Shown: positions 1 through 11,480 of the stretch, piece by piece | Layout of the letters: every line of letters begins with the position of its first letter | Position numbering within the stretch: the stretch's first letter is position 1 | Assembly: GCA_020137815.1 (NCBI GenBank) | Contig: CM035356.1 | Location: 1-64,000 of the forward strand | From: Hormiphora californensis | Lineage: Eukaryota > Animalia > Ctenophora | DNA: 64,000 nt | Reading direction: 5' to 3' | The notes under the pieces: generated by a model | The model's input: only the letters and a program-made list of their open reading frames with translations | What the model was told of the DNA's origin: nothing | The model's database searches: none | Program-made: the position numbers and the translations under genes

Positions 1-20
1 CTTAGGTGGATGCGGCGACG

Positions 21-939
21 CTAACAAATTCTAATGAGCGGGATGGATATGTGACAGTATCACATACCCACCCCCCTCACTGACACGATTCTGGGATGCG
101 TCATTAGCAGATTGAAACGATACGAGATACGAAACTTATGATTCGGGGGAGCTCATTAGCAGTGTGAGACGATACGGTATGTGGAACATGATTCGGGGAA
201 GCTTATTAGGAGTGTTAGACGATATGAGACACGATTCGGAGAATGTTTTATCGCTCTTTCTATCTATCTCTATCTCTATCTCTATCTATATCTATCTCTA
301 TCTCTTTTTGTCAATTATCTTGGACTTGAGAACCAGATGAGGTGCCTACCATTATACTATAATGCGAGCTGACGCTACACACTTGGTGAGTTTAGTGCCC
401 TTATTTTTGGTAATAAGAGCCTATCGGATCGCCTCATTGTTTTTAGGAGGATATGTTGTTTAAGATGGAATGCGTTTGGTTTTATTTATTTTCGAGTCTT
501 GCCAAACAGACCAAATTCAAACCATTCCATCTAAAACAACAACATATCTGGATGTCGGCTGAGCCGACTTCCAGATAAAAAAGGAAAAGGAGTATGGACA
601 AAAATAAGGGCACCAAAGTTTGTAGCTTTCTCGCATTAGTATGGGTAGGTATCTCGTCTGGTTCTCAAGATAATTGACAAAAAGAGATAGAGATAGATAG
701 AAAGAGCGATAAAACATTCTCCGAATCGTGTCTCATATCGTCTAACACTCCTAATAAGCTTCCCCGAATCATGTTCCACATACCGTATCGTCTCACACTG
801 CTAATGAGCTCCCCCGAATCATAAGTTTCGTATCTCGTATCGTTACACTCTGCTAATGACGCATCCCAGAATCGTGTCAGTGAGGGGGGTGGGTATGTGA
901 CACTGTCACATATCCATCCCGCTCATTAGAATTTGTTAG
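21..939. mobile_element. ~920-bp foldback (long-TIR) element
   Basis: CTAACAAATTCTAATGAGCGGG... at 21 is the reverse complement of the sequence ending at 939; the arms pair almost to the centre. Confidence 0.85.
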
Positions 940-1219
940 TGGATTCACTAGCTATAATTGCTATCGACGTCACTAACAACACTACTACGTTCAACGAGTA
1001 CCGGGAGGTTTTGGAAGAGTGTGAAAGATCAGAAACTTTAGTCAGGCAATTTCTGGGAACATCCTACCTATACTAATTTCTCGAAAATCAGACCTGTTGG
1101 AGAGTTTTTTACTGTGGATCCTGATAGTGATAATGCAAGGCGGCTGTTTAGTACCTACCCGTTCATAGATTTGAATAAACATCGTATTAAGGAGCTGCTG
1201 ATTCACGTGAAAAGCTTAG

Positions 1220-2879
1220 TCATAGCACTGGCAAGTGCCCCGGGCCCAAAAGGGGGGTGTGGGGGCGCAGCCCCCACCCTAAACGGGGGTGTGGGGGCAG
1301 AGCCCCCACCTTAGAAATACCCTCTAACTCAAAAAATAAAAGAGAGAGCACACGGAACACTTCTACACACAAGCGTGTTAACCTGCCAGTGCTACTATAT
1401 ACCATTGCAAATTTCGGGGTTTTTGATGCTTTAAAAATGCATGTTCCAGATGAAGTAGAGGGATGAAATTTTGTACTCTGAGGGCCCTCATATAGGAGAA
1501 GAGGCATACAAAATTTCAGAATGATCGGATGTAAGGTAAAAATTTGCCAGAGGGGTCCCAAAATGCAAAAATGTAAGGGAGGGGACGGGAGGGGAGGGGA
1601 GGAGATTGAGTGTTCTCCTAAACCAGAAATAGTAGAGACTTGCCGTTTGGAACATTGGTTCCTTGCATTATTTGGCGTGGTATAGGCTATGTGAAAACTT
1701 CGAAATCGCCATAGTTCATTAATTATTCATTAATTATTCATAAATTATTCATTTTAATAACTTAATTGCGTTATATCTCCACTTCGGCTCGTCCTAAAAC
1801 GTTTTCATGGGTATATTCCGACTCAAAATAGTCAATTTATGGGGGGTCGTCCCCCGGACAAAAATTCGTATCTCGCACCGTTTAGCCGTTATTTGCATAT
1901 TTATGCTCAAATTCATGATTTTATGCATACCCGTTAAAATGTCCACTTCGGCTGACCCTAGAACGTTTTCTTGGGTATATTCCGACTCAAAATAGTCGAT
2001 TTATGGGGGGTCATCCCCCCGACAAAAATTCGTATCTCGCACCGTTTAGCCGTTATTTGCATATTTATGCTCAAATTTATGCATATTCTTTAAAATTTCC
2101 ACTTCGGCTGACCCTAGAACGTTTTCTTGGGTATATTCAGACCCAAAATAGTCGATTTGTGGGGGGTCGTCCCCCGGGCAAAAATTCGTATCTCGCACCG
2201 TTTAGCCGTTATTTGCATATTTATGTTCAAATTCATGATTTTATGCATACCCTTTAAAATTTCCACTTCGGCTGACCCTAAAACGTTTTCTTGGGTATAT
2301 TCCGACTCAAAATAGTCGATTTATGGGGGTCTTCCCCCAGACAAAAGTTCGTAACTCCCACCGTTTAGCCGTTATATGCATATTTATGTAGCATTCAGAT
2401 CCCAAAATAAAATCAGGAAAAAAGTTGTCTCTTTTTTACACCAAAAAGAACAGAAATTTAGTCCAAAAACCAATTAAATAAATTAGTTTGGATGCCCGGG
2501 CCCATTTGGTGTCACGGGGGTAAAACCTTTAGGCTACTGTCATAAATGATGAATATCGAGAGAGATAAAGAAAAACAAATTGTGATATAAAGAGTGAGAT
2601 ATATCGAGAAAGACGGAGAAATAGTAAGAGAAATATAAATAAAAGAGAGAAAAAAAGAGAAAGAGGGAAATATGGAGGTGGAGAGTGGGAGAAAGAGGAA
2701 AAGAGGGGGAAAGAGATAGAGGGAGGGAGAGAAAGAGAAAAGAAAAACGAGAGATGTGTATTGAAAAATAAACGAGATATGCCATTATTTATGACAGTAG
2801 CCTAAAGGTTTTACCCCCGTGACACCAAATGGGCCCGGGCATCCAAACTAATTTATTTAATTGGTTTTTGGACTAAATT
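1220..2879 (-). mobile_element. Helentron/DINE-1-like non-autonomous element, subfamily C, with a central ~164-bp tandem repeat (4 copies, ~1778-2390)
   Basis: Terminal hairpin GCACT-GGCA-AGTGC followed by CCCGGGCCCA (1239); the same word lies in both arms of the inverted repeat 2455-2879, which encloses a GA-rich tract. Confidence 0.7.
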
Positions 2880-3589
2880 ATGTAATATTAGATTTATTAT
2901 TATGTAACTCGTTTACATTTGTGCTCGTTATTCATATTGTGCTCATTCAATATTATATGATTCGATCTTTCACGTACCACTCACGTGTCACTCACGTGTC
3001 ACTCACGTCCCTCTCACTCTCACTAGCGTTGGCTCATAGAACCTAATCAGATCAAATTTCTATGAGCCATAGATGTATACATCTATGGCTCATAAAATCT
3101 ATGAGCCATAGTTGCATGCATCTATGGCTCATAGATTCTATGAGCCATAGTTGCATGAGCCATAGTTGTAGGTAATCAACTGGGAAGGCCTGTTCAATTA
3201 GAATACGGCTTGCACCCTCAACTAGGTCTAGAAGCACTGGATTGTTCAGTGCATTGAGTTTGTTCCTGGAAGGAACCTTCAGATCATCCCAGATTTCCAC
3301 TATTTGTGGTCCGTACTTCACTCGGATCGGATCTACTTCACCAATACAAACCCTCCAGTTACCGTTAATATCTCGCTTACCCAATCTACAGTTTGTTCTT
3401 AGCAGTATCGGATGTCATCCTCTTCAACGTCTGTTTCCCGCAGGTTGATCCGCGTTTCTTCTTCATTATCGGAGCTTGTCATTTTCTTGGCAAACGCCGC
3501 TAAGGCAACGCTTTTCAAGTAATTTTCTTGTTGCACTCTTGGGCTCCTACATAGATATTTGCTGAAACTCAATAAATAGTTTTACGTTG

Positions 3590-4350
3590 TGATCGGAGAT
3601 ACAGGACAGGGGGCGGTGTTATGCTGCTGACGTCATTTGATCTACCGATAGACGAGCATGTAGCTTTCGATAACGACAGCTGTCAGCTGTTAATGTGCTC
3701 CTCAAACCCAAGCAAGTGGGTATTTGGGGTACTGTACAGATCACCATCCGCTCCAGTTAGTGATTTTAGGGCGTGCCTGGAGGTAGCTAGAAATTTCATC
3801 GAACAGAGGCCAGATCTTGTTGTCTGTCTTATGGGAGATTTTAATGTACCTGAGATCGCTTGGAATCCACCTGAGGCAAACCCAAGAACAGCAAATAGTG
3901 ATGCACTGCTTAGCTTCACTGAGGACACGCTGCTTTCTCAATATATTGTTGTACCATCGAGAGGCAGCAGCTACTTGGATTTGGTTTTCACTTTTCAGCA
4001 ATTCTGAGACACTGGTTAGCCGTGTGAGGAGCAAGGAGACTAAGTTGTCGGACCACAACCTATTGGAGTTTGGTGTGACTCGGAATCCGTGCTCTGCAGC
4101 CAGGGAAACTATGCCACCTCAGTTTGCTGCTGATGAGATTCGTTCACTGGATATGTACAAAGCAGATACAGAGGCAATATGTGAGGAGGTAAACAAGGTT
4201 GATTGGGAAGCTGTATTCGGTAAGTGCACCACGGAAGAGATTCCTCGAGTATTCAGGGATATATTGTTCCAGATTGCTCAGATTCATGCACCTAGGAAGA
4301 AACCGAGAAGGGGAGGCCAAAGCTTGTTAAAAAACTTTCTCGGAAAAAAG
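3590..4350 (+). mobile_element. CR1-group LINE ORF2 fragment (APE endonuclease)
   Basis: GGGVML, LYRSP, MGDFN, LDLVF and SDHN motifs across one frameshift. Confidence 0.85.
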
Positions 4351-4459
4351 AGGTATTGAGTTTCTCCGTCATAACTTCTGCCTGCCCCTACGGGCGGTCT
4401 CAACATCCTGAGGACATATCTCAAATTAATTTGTTCAAAGTAGTGTTGAAAAGTTTGAA
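4345..4459 (-). ncRNA. Candidate SL RNA gene or pseudogene (donor GT>AT); 3' end approximate
   Basis: 40-nt leader with 1 mismatch to the 6162 copy, followed by ATATGT-CCTCAGG. Restoring G at +1 gives a GTATGT donor within a TTTGAGG/CCTCAGG stem. A GCCC-GTAG-GGGC hairpin follows; no clear Sm site. Confidence 0.5.
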
Positions 4460-4790
4460 TATGGGAGAGGGTACACCACGCACGTCCCATGCGACTTATA
4501 AACATAAATAAATAGTAACCAAAATCTCATATCATTTTACGTTAAAAGTTCAACTTCGTCCATATTGATAGGCACGACCTTCCTCCTGTTCCCTCGAAGG
4601 GCAATCAGACAGGCCCTCAAAATTCCGAATCTCAGCCGAAAATTCACTAACCCCAACACCGATTGGCATCACTTTCCAACAGCAGAAGAGAAGCTGCCGA
4701 AGAGAGAAAGGGGGTTACCGTATGAAGAGTTAATCGCGATGAGTATCATGACTCATTCACATTGGGTTCGATCATTTGCCCAATCTCAGC

Positions 4791-5178
4791 GGGCGCCGTT
4801 ACAATCTGGGTGTTTGGAGGCCTGCCGCCTGTTTACAGGTGCGCGCCAAAAAAGTTGATTCACTAAAATGGCTCTAACCGCCAAACCACTCAACCGTTTT
4901 GGCTGATTCGAAGTTTAAAGTCCATCTTTATTCAACTGTTCACCCCTCAACTCGTGCGCATGCGATATTTTAATTTATGCTGCGCACGCTATACGTTAAC
5001 ATGTGATAAACGCGCAAAACAATTCCGCGCACGACTTTGGGGGGTGAACAGTTGAAAAAAAATGGACTTTATATGGTAGGGAATTTCAAGGCCTAACCCC
5101 AACCCAAACCCTACTTTAGCCCTAACCGTAAAAACCGTTTGTCAGCACTCCCAAAACACCCAGATTTTAACGCTGGCC
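4791..5178. mobile_element. MITE with GG...CC termini and 9-bp TSD (Merlin- or Mutator-like); nested TAAAGTCC hairpin element at 4917-5071
   Basis: AATCTCAGC duplicated at 4782-4790 and 5179-5187; TIR CGTTACAATCTGGGTGTTT / AAACACCCAGATTTTAACG. Confidence 0.75.
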
Positions 5179-5574
5179 AATCTCAGCCCTCTATGCTAGC
5201 CTAAAAACATAAGAAAACGTGCATTGGGGTCTTGATAATTCTCTATCCTCTCTATTTCAAACTTAACACTAAACAATTAATTTAGTCAGCACATGGTTTG
5301 GTACGAGCCAAGTTCTCCAGAGTTACTCTCAAGGCTAGCAAGAGAATTGGTCTCATGTAGTGAGAACCGTAACTTCTGAGGTGAGCATATTCAAGACGTA
5401 TGGCTCGTTCTGTGAAGATTCAAGGGTAGGAGTGTCTCCAGATTTTGGAACTCAATACTATCCACCGTGTAAATCATGAACCCAATATGAGAAAAAGCCC
5501 TCTTAATTTGAACCCGTTTACGTAAGACGTTTGTTTGAAGAACTTGAGCGCATATCTGGCCGAAAATCCCTAGA

Positions 5575-6120
5575 TGTGGGCAAGTTGCGATTTGCGCCAC
5601 AGGTCTAGTGCGACCACATCCATTCGTGCGTCAGGAGCCGTGTTTGCCGATGGGTGAAACTGGATACCGTCTGGACATGGTTGCAGAAGCTTTTCGGTTT
5701 CAACAGCTTTGAGGCCGGCATATGAACAAATCTCAGCCATAAGGTCTCTGATATTATCGTGTCTGAGAATTGTATAACCGCCCTTAGCACATGACAAGGT
5801 GTGATCGGTATCATTTGGCTTACCACAGGCACATGTTGAGCCTAGATCTTTCGCTTCAAATCCATACCGTAGAGCTATTGAGTCAACAAATTCTAATTGG
5901 TTAAGCTCAAAGCCCAAATGGGGGTAAGGCCTGGTCGTAAGCCATCCTGATGCACCAGATTCTCCTGCAAGGTCGAGACATCTCACTAGTTTCGGGCATG
6001 ATATCCTGGTCAGCAACTTCTTAAGAGCTTCAGAGTTGTGGCCCTCATTTGATTTAGCGATCTCAACACGAGCATCCCTAGCCAGTTTCTCAACCTTGGA
6101 CATGTCGAAGCCGTGGAAAA
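5575..6120 (-). mobile_element. Internal fragment of a CRE-clade (RLE-type) non-LTR retrotransposon
   Basis: GASGWLT...GFEL...EF.DSIALRYG...CACG...HTLSC.KGG...RHDNIRD...EKLLQP...ARMDVVA..LW: CCHC knuckle plus the start of a PD-(D/E)xK endonuclease. Similarity stops near 5575. Confidence 0.8.
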
Positions 6121-6161
6121 CGCGCGCACTTGGGGTCTGCAGCGCATGCCAACTCAAACTT

Positions 6162-6201
6162 TTCAAACTTTTCAACACTACTTTAAACAAATTAATTTGA
6201 G
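6162..6201 (+). other. Spliced-leader (SL) exon sequence at the 5' end of a retrocopy
   Basis: TTCAAACTTTTCAACACTACTTTAAACAAATTAATTTGAG matches the ctenophore SL as recalled from memory; followed by TTTCAG rather than a GT donor. Confidence 0.75.
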
Positions 6202-6250
6202 TTTCAGCAACATGGCGATGTAACGGCCCCAAAGGGCAGAACGTAAGATA

Positions 6251-7213
6251 ATGGCAGACGAACAACGAGAATTGGACTTTGCTGTAAGACGGATTCTGAC
6301 GCTGACCGAAAGTGGAAAGAGCTCTGTCGCTGGCAATGTCTTAAAAAAGGGCAGGAGCAGTCCAGATTTCAACGATGCTGAAATACCATCATCAGTTAAA
6401 ATCAACTCTGTACACACGAAATATGAGCTAAAGCAACTGATTGAAGAAATGAGCTTTACAACGTTTATTGTTCTAAAACACTTTGAGCGTCATATCTTTG
6501 CCGAGAAATCCCCTGAGATGGTACTCAAAGAGGAGCGAGATGAACTCAAAGAGGAGCGAGATGAACTGTTGAGAAAATCTGTCGAGTTGCAGGAGCAGGA
6601 GGAGAAGTTGAAAGTGGAGTGTGATGATCTTTTGAGAAGAACTGTCAAGTTACAAGAGCAGGTTATTGAGCTTCAGGGCGAGCAACTGAATCGAGTTACC
6701 GAGACGGTACAGAAAGATTTGTGTACTTTCTCTGCAGTCATCACACAGAATTGTAAGACTGCGTTTGCATCGAAAAAGATCCAGAAAGCCGTGGAAAAGG
6801 TCACGCACAAGCCAGTTGATACCGGCCCAGACAGATCGAAAAATCTGATGGTGTTTGGTCTACCGGAATGTGAGGATGAAACTGAATCTGTGTTAAAGGG
6901 TGAAGTGGAAAATGTTTTTGCTGAGCTAGGCGAGAAACCGACCATAGAAGCTAGAAGGGTGGGTTTGAAACGGGGAGGAAGGGAGAGACCAGTGATTGTG
7001 AAGCTACAGAGTAGGGAAATACTGCTAAGCCTTCTCCAGAAGGCAAAGCAGCTAAAACAGTTAGAATCGTACTGCGGTGTATATCTTGCAAGGGATATGT
7101 CCTTCGCAGAGAGAAGTGAGAGGAGAGAACTCCACCAAACGTTCAAGGAGTTGAGGGACTCGAATCCTGGAGGCCAATTCCGGGTACGGAGGGGGGTGAT
7201 AGACTTTTCATAA
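6251..7213 (+). CDS. Intact LINE ORF1-like protein (coiled coil + L1-type RRM/CTD) with no ORF2; probable processed retrocopy
   Basis: 320 aa with DRSKNLMVFGLPE, RRVG, RPVIVKL and VYLARDMSFAER. Spliced-leader sequence at 6162-6201 upstream; AATAAA at 7323 and A7 at 7350-7356 downstream. Confidence 0.8.
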   Translation: MADEQRELDFAVRRILTLTESGKSSVAGNVLKKGRSSPDFNDAEIPSSVKINSVHTKYELKQLIEEMSFTTFIVLKHFERHIFAEKSPEMVLKEERDELKEERDELLRKSVELQEQEEKLKVECDDLLRRTVKLQEQVIELQGEQLNRVTETVQKDLCTFSAVITQNCKTAFASKKIQKAVEKVTHKPVDTGPDRSKNLMVFGLPECEDETESVLKGEVENVFAELGEKPTIEARRVGLKRGGRERPVIVKLQSREILLSLLQKAKQLKQLESYCGVYLARDMSFAERSERRELHQTFKELRDSNPGGQFRVRRGVIDFS

Positions 7214-7887
7214 TGGGTATCTTCAATGAACTTTAATATCTATCGGTAACCCGTATTTGCCCACAAAAAAGGGGCTTATTTATACAATTAAATTGTGTAA
7301 ATTATATAGATTTAATAATAATAATAAATATATAATGCCTCATGACTTTAAAAAAAGCTAACGGGAAAGGAAAACAGAAAAGAGAAAACAGAAACAATTA
7401 AAAAAAGCCGAAAACTTTTAATTTTTTCGATGAAGGCGTTTTTTAAGTGTAAAATCTAGCGCGCGCGGCGGGGAGATGCGACGAACCAGTTGCATAACGG
7501 CGCCTTACGCCGAGTCGCAAATGTCGTCCTAGCGATGACGTCTTTGGGTGGGACGATTGCTTCGAAACTTTGGGGCTGACAAAATAAAACAAATATCTTG
7601 TCGTGTGCAAAAGGAAAAAGCGGTCTGAGAACCTTGAATATTAAATGCTTAGAACACATTGCGTAGTGAGTACGCATCACATGACTGATAACCCGACTCA
7701 ACTCCCTCTTTCCAAATTCAATAAGCCCAAGATTATAAAAACTAATTAAGTGAGGTTCAAGAAATGACCAAAAACTGAAAAACTTTCCTGCAAGCATAGA
7801 CTCGACAACCCCGGACCGGTCAGATGATATACATGTATAGAAACCTACTTGAATTTTTGAGGTTAAGAAGAACTCGAAATGATCTTT

Positions 7888-10800
7888 CATGAAACCTCAA
7901 TTTGATCTCAAAATTTCTAGTCTTAATCTCACAATAATATAAGACATGATATATATTAAAAGGGGTGAAGCAAAGACCGTGGGAAACTTTTAAGTTTAAC
8001 AGTCCGACTTGTTCCCTGTTCTGATGTGTTGGCCGCGCATCACAAATGCCTTGATTGTAGTACTTTACATATGTCGAAGTGAATTGTCTTCAGCGGTTGT
8101 AATGTTTCGCTATGCGAATAATATTTCCCGGTCAAAGAGATACTGATTAAAAGGTTTAATAACTGAATCATTAGCCACATACTCAAGTCTTATATTATTC
8201 TATCACTGCGCTGGCAAGCTCAAAGATTGACATCCCCCATCCCCCGCTGCCACAGCCACTGCCAGAAACGCTAAATCGAACATCACCCCTTTCGAACGCG
8301 ATGACGGAACACTCGAAAACACTGTAAAAGCGGAACTCCTGCAAGAACAGTGATCCAGACGGTGGAGACTTGCTAAAAAGCCTCTCTTGGGTAGAGAATA
8401 GTAATGTGATTCTAGAGGATTTCAAATTCAAGTCAGAGGACATCGAAGGTGCTCTCTCAGAACTTGACCCTACTTCTGCCGGACCAGATAGTGACATCCC
8501 TGCTAAAATTATCAGTGCTTGTAAAACCACTCTTGCAGTTTCACTGTTTCTTCGTTGGGAGCGGTCTTTCGAAGAAGGAATAACACCCGCTAACCCGAAA
8601 AAAAACAGGGGAACTCGAAAATTTCGGACTATAACTCACTTTTGAAAATCTCGAATTTAGGTTAGTTATATAGGGGGGGGGGGGTGACACGTAACACTTT
8701 GTAACATGTAATGTGCACAAAATATTTTCTGCACATGTTACAAAGTGTTACAAGCGTTACAAAGTGTTACAAAGTGTTACAAAGTGTTACAAAATGTTGC
8801 AAAATGTTGCAAAATGTTGCAAAAATGCCCATTTTGTAACATTTTGTAACACTTTGTAACATTTTGTAACACTTTGTAACATTTTGTAACACTTTGTAAC
8901 ACTTTGTAATATGTAACGTGCACAAAAAGTTTTCTGCACATGTTACAAAGTGTTACAAAGTGTTACAAAGTGTTACGTGTCACCCCCCCCCCCCCCTATA
9001 TAAAGCTCCACGAAATCTGGAACTATGGTAGACTTGGGGGGGGGGGGGGGGGCATTTTTATTGCCCCACACGGTAGTCCGGATCTGGTGACTTTCTGTCC
9101 GCCCCACTATTTAGGGTGAGTAAGAGTCCAGATGGACATTAACTCACCTCTCATGGGAACTCAAGAATTCGGCCGATAGGCCGGACACGAGAGCTCACTG
9201 GTTTATATTCGTCTTAGTTGTATATATATAAGTCGACGCCAATTTTCGGACAATAACTCACCTTCTAACTTGAGCGAATTGTACGATACAAGTTAGTGGA
9301 ACACCTGGAAAGTAACAATCTCCTACCAGATAGCCAACATGGATTCAGGAAGCAACGGACCTGCCTCACATAGCTACCCGATCACATGGATGGGATTTTT
9401 CGAGAGCTAAACAGCGGGAACGAAGTTGATGTTATCTATTTGAACTATTCAAAAGCCTTCGACCGTGTCAACCATACCATTCTCATTGCCAAGCTGAAAA
9501 AGCTAGGTAATACACGGTCGCTTGTAGTGGGAAAACGGTAATGGAAAACGAAGATACAGTAAGACGACACGAACCATGAAACCTCAATTTGATCTCAAAA
9601 TTTCTAGTCTTAATCTCACAATAATATAAGACATGATATATATTAAAAGGGGTGAAGCAAAGACCGTGGGAAACTTTTAAGTTTAACAGTCCGACTTGTT
9701 CCCTGTTCTGATGTGTTGGCCGCGCATCACAAATGCCTTGATTGTAGTACTTTACATATGTCGAAGTGAATTGTCTTCAGCGGTTGTAATGTTTCGCTAT
9801 GCGAATAATATTTCCCGGTCAAAGAGATACTGATTAAAAGGTTTAATAACTGAATCATTAGCCACATACTCAAGTCTTATATTATTCTATCACTGCGCTG
9901 GCAAGCTCAAAGATTGACATCCCCCATCCCCCGCTGCCACAGCCACTGCCAGAAACGCTAAATCGAACATCACCCCTTTCGAACGCGATGACGGAACACT
10001 CGAAAACACTGTAAAAGCGGAACTCCTGCAAGAACAGTGATCCAGACGGTGGAGACTTGCTAAAAAGCCTCTCTTGGGTAGAGAATAGTAATGTGATTCT
10101 AGAGGATTTCAAATTCAAGTCAGAGGACATCGAAGGTGCTCTCTCAGAACTTGACCCTACTTCTGCCGGACCAGATAGTGACATCCCTGCTAAAATTATC
10201 AGTGCTTGTAAAACCACTCTTGCAGTTTCACTGTTTCTTCGTTGGGAGCGGTCTTTCGAAGAAGGAATAACACCCGCTAACCCGAAAAAAAACAGGGGAA
10301 CTCGAAAATTTCGGACTATAACTCACTTTTGAAAATCTCGAATTTAGGTTAGTTATATAGGGGGGGGGGGTGACACGTAACACTTTGTAACATGTAATGT
10401 GCACAAAATATTTTCTGCACATGTTACAAAGTGTTACAAGCGTTACAAAGTGTTACAAAGTGTTACAAAGTGTTACAAAATGTTGCAAAATGTTGCAAAA
10501 TGTTGCAAAAATGCCCATTTTGTAACATTTTGTAACACTTTGTAACATTTTGTAACACTTTGTAACATTTTGTAACACTTTGTAACACTTTGTAATATGT
10601 AACGTGCACAAAAAGTTTTCTGCACATGTTACAAAGTGTTACAAAGTGTTACAAAGTGTTACGTGTCACCCCCCCCCCCCCTATATAAAGCTCCACGAAA
10701 TCTGGAACTATGGTAGACTTGGGGGGGGGGGGGGCATTTTTATTGCCCCACACGGTAGTCCGGATCTGGTGACTTTCTGTCCGCCCCACTATTTAGGGTG

Positions 10801-11253
10801 AGTAAGAGTCCAGATGGACATTAACTCACCTCTCATGGGAACTCAAGAATTCGGCCGATAGGCCGGACACGAGAGCTCACTGGTTTATATTCGTCTTAGT
10901 TGTATATATATAAGTCGACGCCAATTTTCGGACAATAACTCACCTTCTAACTTGAGCGAATTGTACGATACAAGTTAGTGGAACACCTGGAAAGTAACAA
11001 TCTCCTACCAGATAGCCAACATGGATTCAGGAAGCAACGGACCTGCCTCACATAGCTACCCGATCACATGGATGGGATTTTTCGAGAGCTAAACAGCGGG
11101 AACGAAGTTGATGTTATCTATTTGAACTATTCAAAAGCCTTCGACCGTGTCAACCATACCATTCTCATTGCCAAGCTGAAAAAGCTAGGTAATACACGGT
11201 CGCTTGTAGTGGGAAAACGGTAATGGAAAACGAAGATACAGTAAGACGACACG
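7888..11253. repeat. Direct tandem duplication, ~1687-bp unit (7888-9574 and 9575-11253)
   Basis: Identical ORFs recur at an offset of 1687; the only differences I noticed are homopolymer lengths. Confidence 0.95.
8667..9002. mobile_element. MITE with TATA-G(n)TGACACGTAACAC termini and a 10-bp TGTTACAAAG satellite (second copy ~10354-10688)
   Basis: Inverted termini; the internal repeats switch orientation. Confidence 0.75.
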
Positions 11254-11480
11254 CAACCGTGACCAATCAGGGCCCTCAAGGGACTGTCCTTTTTATCATC
11301 TACGTAGCTAAACTCCAAAGCCAAGTGATACACAGCAAAATCAGAACATTTTCGGATGATACCAAACTCCAAAATAGCGTCAACTCGGAAACATAAGGGG
11401 CAGAAATGCAAGAGGATCTTCAGCGGGTGGTGGAATGGTCTGCAGCCAATTGTATGACACTCCACGAGGACAAGTTGTTA
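10050..11480 (+). mobile_element. Degenerate CR1-group RT fragment (also at 8365-9574), interrupted by a ~600-bp insert
   Basis: SAGPDSDIPA, QHGFRKQRTC, IYLNYSKAFDRV, SDD and LQRVVEWS motifs with stops and frameshifts. Confidence 0.82.

Noticed and set aside
1778-2390. Regular ~164-bp repeats as a CRISPR array
   Set aside because: The whole unit repeats with no unique spacers; it is the central tandem repeat of a DINE-like element in eukaryotic DNA.
3052-3540. Coding-looking minus-strand stretch (also 960-1219 on + and 5280-5575 on -)
   Set aside because: Interrupted by stops, with no recognisable motif or splice structure; left unassigned.
4460-5575. CRE 3' end running directly into the minus-strand SL (site-specific insertion)
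   Set aside because: CRE protein similarity stops near 5575, and no tail or TSD is recognisable, so direct targeting cannot be supported here.
5570-6265. The 231-aa ORF as a single gene
   Set aside because: Its N-terminal ~50 aa are the antisense of the SL and ORF1 5' UTR; only the remainder is CRE-derived.
7456-7490. Helitron 3' end (GC-rich run + CTAG)
   Set aside because: Followed by A rather than T on the relevant strand, and no matching TC 5' end was found.
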